A stretch of 25,016 nt of DNA from Octopus sinensis (lineage: Eukaryota): contig NW_021833412.1 in the NCBI RefSeq assembly GCF_006345805.1, positions 1 to 25,016 of the forward strand, written 5' to 3'. A program made the position numbers and the translations under genes. How positions within the stretch are numbered: position 1 is the stretch's first letter; each line of letters starts with the position of its first letter. The notes under the pieces are model-generated. The model ran no database searches. It was not told the DNA's origin and saw nothing but the letters and a program-made list of their open reading frames with translations. Below, piece by piece: positions 12,401-24,005 of the stretch.

Positions 12401-12697
12401 GGGATCTTTATAATTACGCAAATCTGGTTGAAAATTTTAAAACGCCAGAATAGAGTATATAAAAAGGTTTTAGACGAGCTGTAAAAAGCGCATATTATCC
12501 AGAAATATTTCAAACTAATCCCCTGAAAAAATGAGCTCGATTGATATCACACACGTGGAGAACTGAGTAGGGATCTTTATAATTACGCAAATCTTGCTGA
12601 AAATTTTAAAAAGCAAGAATAGAGTATATAAAAAGGTTTTAGACGAGCTGTAAAAAGCGCATATTATCCAGAAATATTTCAAACTGATCCCCTGAAA
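9484..12697. repeat. Tandem satellite array, 19 units of 168-169 bp plus 8 bp, with dimer/trimer higher-order structure
   Basis: Unit starts (CCCTGAAA) at 9484, 9652, 9821, 9989, 10158, 10327, 10496, 10665, 10834, 11002, 11171, 11339, 11508, 11677 (GCCT variant), 11846, 12014, 12183, 12352, 12521, with a partial at 12690. Units are highly similar and have no spacers. Confidence 0.97.
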
Positions 12698-12762
12698 TAA
12701 GATTGACTCCCAGACTGGCCTATTCACAGATTGACTCCCAGGTAGTCCCTCTTCTCCATCAG

Positions 12763-14788
12763 ATGCACTCCAACTCCATCAAACTCCGCAAATTCTTTTT
12801 TCGACGACGTGACGAGTTGTGCCACAACTTGCTATCGTCGCCCGCCCTTCTGACCACCCCGGACAATGACCCTTTCCTCATGTCCACTCACGACACGCAG
12901 TCTTTGGATTACGTCACTCACCAAACAAGTCGTTACTCGTCCGGCAGTTTCGTCTATTATTTCAAAAAGTGGTCGACTCTCTTAATTCCGAGTACTGGGT
13001 ATAGACGTATTCTCGCGGTGTCCTCCCTTTATGCCCGGAATGGGGCTGTCTTCTTGTCCGGCATTTGCTTCTGCTTCCCAAACGAACTGTACAACCTGTG
13101 TGGAGGGGCACTGCATGTCATGTTCATGCCACAAGTAGTCCCCACACTCATCCCTAGGAGGTGTTCATTGTGGGCAAACAAGAGGAGGTGCTTTTGGACT
13201 GCGTGGAAGGACCCTGTTTTGTCATGTTCATGAGTGACTACACTCACTTCTTCCCACCAGTTTTGCGTGACTCTTCAATGTTAGGACTATAGCACGGATA
13301 ATATTCACGTCTGTGAGTCTTCCTACAGTCACAGCAAAAAGGAGATCAAGAAAATTAAAGTTTTCTCTCATTTGCCAACACAGAACTGGAAACTCACTCC
13401 CAAAGATGTTACATTTTCTCGGAGGAGCTCAGAATCTTCTTTTCCACGTTTTGAGTTTAATTCGACTTGCTTTCCCTACTTGTCGGACAGTCATGTTGTC
13501 CCCGACTGATTATTCCAGTTGACCATTCACCTCAAAACTGAGGAGGGAAGGAGATTCTATGCACAAATCAACTGTCCTGGTTCACTTGGACTTGTCCGAC
13601 TGGGTATGACTGGGGTGGCCATTTCAGGGAATGTCTACGCCTTCTCCAACGGGGAATCAGATAAATTCATTTTCTGCCAACAGATTTTCATGTTATTCGG
13701 TCGGGTCATTTTAGTGACGCGACTGACAAAATTGTCATCGAGGGTCTTTTCTTCGAGCCGATGCAACAAGAATTCCCCATTCCTGGCCAACCTTCGAGCG
13801 TGCATGTGGCGGTGACTACCCACCGAGTGCAATGTTTGGTTGCCTCAGTAAAGCACCGTGTCGAAGTGATGGGTGCGAATGCATTTTCGCAATGTGAGTG
13901 TGGTGTAATATTCCAGTCAGGACAACCGAGGTGCCCAATGCCCGTGTTTTCGTATGTCGTCATTCCATGGACAGTGAACGAGGACTTGTCCCTCTTTCAG
14001 CCGACTACCAACTCCCCAAAGCATTTCCCCATTCTCCATTTGTAGGTGTTTGGTGCAGCACAGAATAAGTCCTACAGAGAAGACGAAATCCTCCACTTTG
14101 GGGAACCATTCGACCTGGCAGTAAGTCCGTCCATCATCTGTCAGCAATTCACGGCGAGCGACCAATACGGTGGGACGTGTTTTCTGGGGAATCCGTACAG
14201 TCACCAGCTGTATGGCAAATATCCTGATATTCCCAATTCCTTCATTGCAGATGCCACTTTTAGAGAAAAGAAGCGGCCAGGGCGGAAGGTGGGGAGTTTT
14301 ATGAATAGTCGTATTAGAGAAAAGTAGTCGATTTGGGTGTTTCATTGCATCCGGCCAACTCGAGGAGTACTGATGCTATCCCACATGGGCATTTCTATTC
14401 CGGGAGGCCCTCGACCGTCGATCCTCAAAGGCATCCTTTCCCACGACGTGCCCCCGAAACATCACGTGACTCCCCCTCATTCACAGTGAACAAGTGCAGA
14501 AGAACCAGACCCAGTCATTGGATATTTATGCAAAGTAGGTTTATTCACTTTCCCAGGTTTATTGACATGATGAAAAGTAAACGAAAACACATGAGTGACT
14601 GGGATCTCATTAGGAATTTCGACACCAAGTCAATCAAGTCCCCAATCGACATGCATAAGGCAAAAACGTGGTTGCGTGAGGATATTGATGGAATAAGTGA
14701 GCGGGAGATCCTCCACAAGTTGATTGAATATCGCAAGCAACTTGTTAAAGACTCTCTTGAGATTGCAGCTTCCATTAATAAAATGTGA
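12763..14788 (+). CDS. Unidentified multi-exon gene; 5' and 3' ends uncertain
   Basis: Successive ORFs link in frame through typical tiny GT-AG introns (e.g. 13604-13627, 14121-14144, gttattcggtcgggtcattttag, gtggggagttttatgaatagtcgtattag). Splicing around 13230-13290 could not be resolved. No family recognised. Confidence 0.6.
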
Positions 14789-14900
14789 TTTGTCCATCTA
14801 CTCTATTTAGACGTGTGGTAGCAAATTGTTCATTCAATTCTGTAGGGGTCTCAATTTATATTATTAAAATATTTAAATTGCATTAAATATTATTAGTCTA

Positions 14901-17900
14901 ATGGTGAATGCTGATTTCATTAAGAGAAAACATCGCCCTCATATCTGCATAAAATGTTCTCAAGATGTGCATCCTCTGTTGATGACCACCCCAAGCCTCC
15001 TGTTCGACCAACAAGTTAACCATCATTTCACAAGTGTCCGCCACATTGATGTGTAGTGTCCATTCGGGATGTCTCAATCCCAAACATGTGCTTTCATTTC
15101 GACGAATTGGGGAATAGTGGACCAGGACAATTCATGGACGTGGTTCCTTCGATCGTGTCGAGTTGCATGTCGAGTGACTGTCCTGACATGTTCATTGAGT
15201 GCGCCAATGCATTGTTCGACACAACTGACAAATTGGACTTTGAGTTCTTCGGGAGGTTTGTGGGAGGTTTGGGGAGTTGACCATTGAAAGTGATATTCGT
15301 CACCACCTCCCTTCACTCCAACACACAAACCATCGACAAACTCAAGGAAATGACTAAGGATGTGTACGAGTCGGGGAATTTGATCAGTCCGGGAATTCCC
15401 TCGACCTACATTATACTCATCCCACCACACTCCACTCACTCCCCCACTCTCCTCCACGCTGTTTCATATGTTTTTGGAGACGTCCACTTAATCGGTGCCT
15501 CGGTAATCGGCCTGATTATACTCCAGGACTGTTCTCTGTTTGGGGACCTGTTCTCTCGCTTTGCCCACTCACAGATCCTCCCTTGGCTGGAAAAGGAGTT
15601 CGCTGCACTCTCTTCCGTGCTAGCAGGGCGGAGGGGATTCCAGAAATCAATCATCACTGCTGCCAAACGATTTTTTTCCCCGTCCAAAACTGTTTTGGGA
15701 TCAGTGCTGACTGAGTCGGGGATTACTCGGGCAATGTAGCACCAACTGCCTCACTCCCAGTTTCCCCCCTCAGTCCGACGAGATGCGCCTCAAAAAATGG
15801 GCGGACTTGGCCTTCTCCTTCCAAATGTATTCATTGGCCAACGAGGCCTACGCCTTTCTCCGCAAAGACTTCCACGAACAGCGCTGTTGGGCGCAGTACG
15901 CCCACGTGCAGGAGATGCACGGACTGTCTTCATTCCTTGCCCCCGAACTGCCCTATTCCATCGAGTCCTCCGTGCTGGCCTGTTCCTGCTACATGAACAC
16001 CTGCAAGTGTGCCCACCCCTCTATTCAGGGACTTCCGGCGAGCATTCCGTGCGATGGTGTACCGGCTGCTCTGCGCCTCCCCCGATGACCTCGTCGTGTT
16101 CTCCAGGGAAATGCAGTTGCTCATAGAAATGGTACTGTCCCCGTTATATTCCAGAGTGACAATTTTTTCATTACTGCCCTCCTCTCCCGACAGGTGGCCC
16201 TTCTCTGGCGACAATCCTTTCCACGTCGGACTGCCAAATACTTGTTCCACATGATGAGTGCTGCTTTCGGCTTCAAACAAATCCACTTTTCCGTTCGACT
16301 GTGTGCTCTACGTCTAGGAACCCCTGGCGAGACACATTTTGTCCGAACTGTACTATATTACTCCCTCCACCTGGAAGTTCATTGGGGTGTGTATTCTGAC
16401 TCATCGGTAGAAGGCAGTCACTGCTAATTATGTCCGTCTGGGAAACTGTGAGGCCACGCGAGCCCGTCTCTACGCTCGCCTGATCGAGTTTGGGGGGGAA
16501 AACACGGACTGTCAATTCGAGTACTTGCGGGAACTGACAAAGATGATTGTGTCCATGGAGGATAAACCATTGACGAGTCTCCTCTCCATCCAACTCGAGG
16601 TGGTCGCATATCTCCATTCCTTCGATAGTTTGCTTAATGTCCTATTCCAGCTTACAGGGCGTCCTTCTCTCCAGCCACGGTAGACGTGTTGACAGACTTA
16701 AAAGAGAGTGTCTACCAACACTACGTTGGACTTGGAGGTGGCGGTGTGACTTTGTGTGATTCGGGGATTGGATCACGGTGCGAGAAGGGGGTCAGCATAG
16801 GACTGGGAGGTCTGTGTTTGTGCTGAGTCTTAGAGACTGTCTTTATATTGGGTAAACTACACAACAGCATTGGTGTGTCCTACGAATATTGTAGTGTGAG
16901 GTTGGACTGGGTATTGGAGAGTGGGGGTGGGACGACCACCTTTTCCTTCCCCTCTCCCACGTCTCGACAGGTGATGGAGGGAGTGGACTCGATTCGACTC
17001 GAGGCAGTGACATCCGACTGGGTGCACTTTAGACTGAGTGTATGTCCACTCGTCGTCGGGGAGTACTCACTCCAGTCCATTTCCTGCCAAGTGAGGGGGA
17101 CTGCTTCATTTGGACGATCCACCGAGTGGGTGCCCGTCTGTCTGCCTGTGTGTTCTCTATTCCTCCATGTGATTGACCCAATGCCTCTCCTCCGAGTACT
17201 ATTTCATATCGAGGCAGGTTGATGTCGATGTGGCTGATTTGACACTCCACGTGGGGGAAATTGGGTGTTTCACGTGCCACCTCACCAACATTGGGGGAGA
17301 CCGGCTGATCTCTCCACTCAAAGTGTTCTCACTGCATCCCCACATTTGTCAACCTGATGGACACACCTCTCAAGATCACGTCGAAATTGGCCAATCACTC
17401 GCACAAAACGAGTCATTCACGACGACATTGCACTTGGGCCATCCTCAAATGGATAAAATGTGTGTTCTGTTCGCATACCAGACGAGCACACCCAAATTGT
17501 ATGTCCTTGTGTTATACATAGAATCCGCACTTCGTGTATTGTCGTCAACCTCCATCTCCTGTCCAGTGTGTATTCCAAACTTGTCTGTCATATGTCGACT
17601 CCCCCCCAATGTGCTGTTGTCGTCCAAGTGGATGTCCCCCTCTCTTTAGTATTCTGGTTGGCTGCATACTAGTTTGTGTACACACCATCTTCGGTTATGT
17701 GTTATTCACACTGTTTGGAACTGGATCGTGTTGTGTGTCCTCTTCGGAGTGTATCCAGGGGACAGTCCTTGTCGATGGTCCTCTATTTCAACCTAATCAA
17801 CTCTCCCAAGTTGGAATGGTCGAAAGCATTGATTGCAAGTCATACATCCGAGAGTTGGGAGGAATTGTTTTCCAAATATGCAAGCAGGGAAATCCACAAA

Positions 17901-18443
17901 ATGGGGAGTGTCCCGTGGAGTACTCGAGTGGAATTGCTCACTATTCAATGGAAAGTATTCGCCCACTACTATTTGTAGGCCTCCAAAGACGGGATTGACA
18001 TTGCTGGCCAGAATTACCTAATCCCCCCCTCCACTAATGGTGTTCCTCCCCTCAAAGTTGAGGTCATGTGTCCCCCTATTGTCAATCACGATTTTAACGT
18101 GTCCAAGTTGAGATGACTGACTACTGGCAGGTCGTGCATTGTGCCCGTCGGCTGTCTTCTTCATAATAGTTCCCACAGGACGGCCACCGTCGTCGTATCT
18201 GTAGATCGTGGACGTATGAGGTATGCATTGCGTGTCCTATTCCACAGGCAATATTTTTGTTTTGGGAATGCCACAGTCCGGGTTATAGTCGAGCCTCATT
18301 CTTCCGCTCAGTGTGAGTTCCATTTCATGTTTCTGCGTCCTGGTTCCTTTTGTCTTGATTGCCTCTCGGTTACCTGTGACAACCATTTTGACGGGTTCTC
18401 TATTTCCCCATCTAACCATTATATATCCATTGCTGTACCGTGA
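14901..18443 (+). CDS. TRAPPC8: Trafficking protein particle complex subunit 8 (Trs85)
   Basis: QILPWLEKEFAALSSVLAGRRGFQKSIITAAKRFF (cf. LPHIEK.IRQLNDQL..RKGLSRSLFSATKKWF), FPPQSDEMRLKKWADLAFSFQMYSLA..AY..LRKDF (cf. ELQIRKMADLCF..Q.YDLAY..Y..AKKDF), AKYLFHM, and FEYLREL. Many 22-25 bp GT-AG introns (15034-15056, 15267-15290, 15736-15760 etc.). The 3' exons were not all traced. Confidence 0.88.
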
Positions 18444-19190
18444 CTTTTTGAATAAATAGTCCTCTATTTATCTTTTGACTAATATAGTCATTTTAGTTTT
18501 ATTTTAATGCTGCAATTTTTGATATTTTGGTTATTTTGGCCAAGTTCTATAAACAAGTAGTCCGCAAATTAGAAGGTTTCGTTTTTATGCTGAGTGATGT
18601 AGTGTTAAAGCCAATGATGCACAAAAACAAGCAAATGCTACCACTTTCTACCGGTCTGTCAGTGACACGGCTTTTATGTCTATTTTTATTTATAAACACA
18701 ATCATATTCCAGCGCGACTTTACTCAAAAGACCAAATCCTGCACATCTTTCTTTATCAGGTTGCTTTTCCGACTCTACAAACAAATCTAGACAACTAATT
18801 TCCATTGTTAAAACTTATTAAATAAGCATAGGCATTAATTACTAACTTGAAAGACTGTCTAATGTTTTTTTAATAAATACAAATATTGTTTATTATTTGC
18901 ACTTTTAGTTTAAATTGTAAATCATTATTATAATGATCTGATCAGACCTCCCAATTGACTGGAGTTATTTTCCTGAAATTACTCCTCCCAATTGCGGAGT
19001 GTTTGCAGGTGGAATGGCTGTTTCTTATTTTGATTTTATTGGTGCGATGTATCACTGTGTCTGAGTGGAGGGGATACTTTTTACTAGAACATGCAATTGG
19101 TTAGACTGACCGAAGTAAAAAACATCCTCCGCACAGCACAGCTAGGGCGAGGACGGGTCCGAACAGCCAAGCATAGTAAAGATACATTAA

Positions 19191-20095
19191 TTGTGTTGTG
19201 CGTTATGCTCGAACTTTAATCCAATTATATCGCCAGCGTCAATCGTCCGAAATACCACAAACTGTTCTCTTTATGCCTCACCTCCCTTAATGAGATATTT
19301 TGTTCCTGCAGGAAAATATAAAATAAACGCCAGTTCATTGTCAGTTTCTGGGAAAACAAATGTACAATGTAGTCATCGTCATCAAGCCGAGAAATTCGTC
19401 ACAAAGAAGTACTGCGTTTTATTAGACCATTTCCTAATAACATCATTTTCGATAGATTATTTGTCCGAGGAGGTGCCACTCCTTTAGTCTCCTCAGATCT
19501 CTCTTGTTTGGACTATTGTCAGTTATTCATCCAGTTTCCTTGTGTACTCTCTCTGAACCAGTATTCTATCATGTTGTTATGTGTGAAAGGAATTCATTTC
19601 AAGCAGATAATAAACATTAAGACACAGGTGGACAGGGAACTTGCTTTGAAATGTGGCGAGAATATGCAGTATTAAAACCCTTCCTGAAGAAGTGAACTCC
19701 TTCCTGTTTCTTTCAAAAAATTGTTAGAATCACTTGACTACTTAAAGGATACATGGCAAGTCGTTGATCTGGAATGTCTTCTGTTGTAGGTTAGGACAGT
19801 TTGTGCAAGAATTGCTTAACTCTCTGTATATTCAGGGTACAACAAATCTGGGCATTTCTCCAAACAATTCACAATCCAGTAAACTCGATTTTTTTCAGAA
19901 AGTAATTTTTCCATGTGGTATATTCGGCACATTCAGGAATCCGAGTACACGTCGTTTTTGAATTCGTCCCACTTCGAGACGAGTAGTGTCATTGGGGCCC
20001 TTGAAAGGATGATTAAAACACCTGGGAGGGAAACTGTGTGGTTGCTCAAGAGGATCACACTGAAGAAACTGTTTAGCTATCCGCAGCACGGCTGA
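19191..20095 (+). CDS. Probable unidentified multi-exon gene
   Basis: A stop-free frame at ~19373-19675 joins the 19191 ORF via a 29-bp GT-AG intron. The last exon (19938-20095) follows a good acceptor. The minus strand is closed by many stops here. No homology recognised. Confidence 0.4.
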
Positions 20096-20341
20096 TTCTC
20101 CACTCTTGGAATGAAGACTGCACAATTAATATACTATCGGGATTAGTGCTCTCAAAAATATCGAGCACCCAAATCTATTTTCTGTAAGATTTTAAAGCCT
20201 TTTATTAAAAAATAGCGCATTTAATTATTTTTTTCTAAATTTAAGTCAAAACAAGAAACAACTTTTATCCCAGTGGGTGTATTGATGTGGGCGCACTTAC
20301 AATATAATTGAGATTTATAGAATGGTGCCTAATTGCTAGAC

Positions 20342-21284
20342 ATGTCGCCCGGTTTGTTGACGAGCGTCCTCAGTGTCAAGAAGGAGCTGGATGCATTAAT
20401 GGAGGATGGCGTGATGGTTTGGTGGAGTAATAATAGCAGGACGACGGAGGCATAATCATTCTGCTGAGGCAATTGGAAGGACTGGCACTCACCCTCGACA
20501 TTTTGGCCGTATGCCCCTAATTGACTACTCACAGAAAACTAAAATTGGCCTGACTGTGAATAAGATCCGGAAAAAGTCGGAAAATGGGGAGATTTCGTCG
20601 CTCTCAAAGTCATTGATTCAGAAATGGAAGAAGCATTTAAACTGCGAACCAGCAAAGGAGATGCAGCCCGACCGACTGTCCCCCACCGACGACCCAACTC
20701 GGATTAAGTGTAGGTCAATGCTGCTGGATGCCCTGAGTGGGGGGACTGTGCGGGAACCCCATTGGGAGGACATTGCGGCAATGATCGAGGAGGATATCCT
20801 TTTTTATATTCCCACCTTCTCCTGTAGTCTCCTTAACTCACTCATTCACAAATCTTTGTCAACCACAAGTCGCGCACTGATTCGGCCTACAAAACACGAA
20901 TTCGGAGTCGTGTCATGAATTTGAAGGACCCCAACAACCCCGAACTGCGGAGGAATGTCGTGTCGATGGTCATTTCCCCCGCCAAGTTCGCCAGCATGAC
21001 CACCGAGGTTGGTCCCCCTCTAATCCCCAGGAAATGGCCAACGACGAGTTGAAATCCCTGGTAGTCCAATTGACGAAGGACTCCATCAACAAATCTCAGT
21101 TGGCGGTGACCACGGGGACACACACCACCCAAATTAAGTGCGGCAAGTGCAAACAAAGCGACGTGTTGTACAACCAGCTGCAGACACGGAGTGCAGACGA
21201 GCCAATGACCACCTTCTGTCTTTGCAATGCTTGTGGTGCTCGCTGGAAGGTTCACACATTTTTATTCAACTCCAGTTCTGCTAA
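20342..21284 (+). CDS. TCEA1: Transcription elongation factor S-II (TFIIS), 6 exons, ~262 aa
   Basis: [81 protein letters not shown]. Introns: 20417-20439, 20509-20534, 20794-20849 (AT-AC), 21008-21030, 21250-21275. Exons total 789 nt, in frame. Confidence 0.96.
20794..20849 (+). other. U12-type (minor spliceosome) AT-AC intron, 56 bp
   Basis: 5' site ATATCCTT, branch point TCCTTAAC at 20830-20837, 3' end CAC. Removal gives [18 protein letters not shown] and restores the TFIIS frame. I found no GT-AG solution. Confidence 0.92.
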
Positions 21285-21504
21285 GAGGCATATTACTGGC
21301 ATCCTTTTCTAGTAACTTGTTCAACCTTTATTATGAGGGCAGTCTTCTTCTAGTTCCAACTGACAGTCAAACAACGGCTAGTCTAGTTTGACGACTACTT
21401 TTGTGGTGCACTCAACCGAGACAGGTCTAATTCTTTGAGGTAGTTACATCTTGGTTTATAAATTGACTGAAATAATGATATCGGTTTATATTAGTGGTAA
21501 ATTA

Positions 21505-22816
<1,312 letters not shown>

Positions 22817-23181
22817 TGACTCGTTGTTACAATTATTAATAATTATAGGCCGTCATCAACGCAAAAATAATGTGTCGATATCTAATTAGAGTGCACTGAT
22901 GTTGCTTCAAACGTTAGATTATCGATTTCGATTCTTCACACAATCTACTATTTTCTCCAAATAATAAACCAAAACTCTGCAGAAGAGGAAAATTTGACAA
23001 ATATGCAAATTTAAGTATTCAAATTAATGAATATTTCATTGAATAATTCGAATTTTTTCACATTTCTATTAAATATTCATAAAAGTCAGAAACTTTTGGT
23101 TCATTTTAATATAAATATTCTTGAAATCTAAAATCTTGGATTTACCTTGAATTGAAGCTAGCAGAATCAAAATCTCTATTT

Positions 23182-23546
23182 ACGGATACTCAATGGAGAC
23201 ATTTCCTTGATTTTTCGGGATCCCGCCTTTCGGGGCTAATTTAATTGCCTAAACAAATTTCCTTCCAGTGGAGAACGTCTTCAGACGTTGGTATCAAAGA
23301 TCGCTTTTTGAAGGTCATCCCCGAATCAATACCACACCACTCGGTGTTGATGTCAAAGATGTCTGTAAAGCAGGTGCACAAGGAGTTCAACAAAAGGTCC
23401 TAAGGTATCCAGTAGGAATCCTTTTAATTTTTAAACTGGATGTTCGTAATGCTTTTAGCAGCATTCGGCGTGATCATCTCCTCAAATGTATCTATATTCA
23501 CTGCCTGGATTTATTTCTACTTCTATGTTTACCCTATGCGCCTATC
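23182..23546 (+). mobile_element. Second copy of the decayed CRE-like RT fragment
   Basis: Same sequence as 1846-2210. Confidence 0.75.
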
Positions 23547-24005
23547 CAAATTAGAGTCGCATGTTGCTTCCTTTCTCTTGAACAATTTTTGTTTAACGCA
23601 CATCTACTTTTTTCTTCGGTCTCCTGCTGTCAGTCTGAAAAATTCCTTTCGACTTTTTAACTTCCATGTCCCGCTCGTTGACAATGATTTTAAACACGCT
23701 TATTGATTTTGAACACGTTTAAAGGGGGAAGCTCCTAATCCGGGACAGGGGCATTGGTCTTTGCTGTTGTGTTAATTTTACTCTGCCTTGCTAACTCTCA
23801 TCCGTGTTAATAATATGGGCATTCATCTTTTTTACTGCGATCTAGTTTATCAAACTTACTATTTCTAGACAGATTATTACTTATTTGACTCTAAAACTTT
23901 CAAGATTTCTACAAATTTAAATTCAAATAATTATAAAAATAATTTGTTTTATGCATTCAGTTGTATTCAATTCAGTTAAATATATAAAGTTGCCAAGTAA
24001 CGTTT

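Noticed and set aside
9484-12697. CRISPR array, or tandem SL RNA/5S/tRNA gene array
   Set aside because: No unique spacers and the context is eukaryotic. I see no recognisable SL exon/Sm-site layout, Pol III boxes or cloverleaf in the monomer.
9475-12704. Apparent 9-bp target-site duplication around the array (AATAAGGTT at 9475-9483, AATAAGATT at 12696-12704)
   Set aside because: One mismatch, AT-rich, and the left copy is CRE coding sequence that does not continue on the right side; probably chance.
9601-12727. Repeated ~70-aa minus-strand ORFs (MKYFWIICAFY...)
   Set aside because: By-product of the 169-bp (non-3n) satellite; they start at TTG, span 1.26 units and show no protein-like conservation.
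18527-18810. Short ORFs on both strands downstream of TRAPPC8
   Set aside because: No consistent exon chain or recognisable motif.
19076-19088. ACTTTTTACTAGA resembling U5 snRNA loop I
   Set aside because: Lacks the invariant GCCTTTTAC, with no convincing stem or downstream Sm site.
19744-19752. GTATCCTTT (U12-like donor) on the minus strand, and GTATCCTT at 3975 on the plus strand
   Set aside because: Neither lies in a supportable gene on that strand, and no exact TCCTTAAC branch follows.
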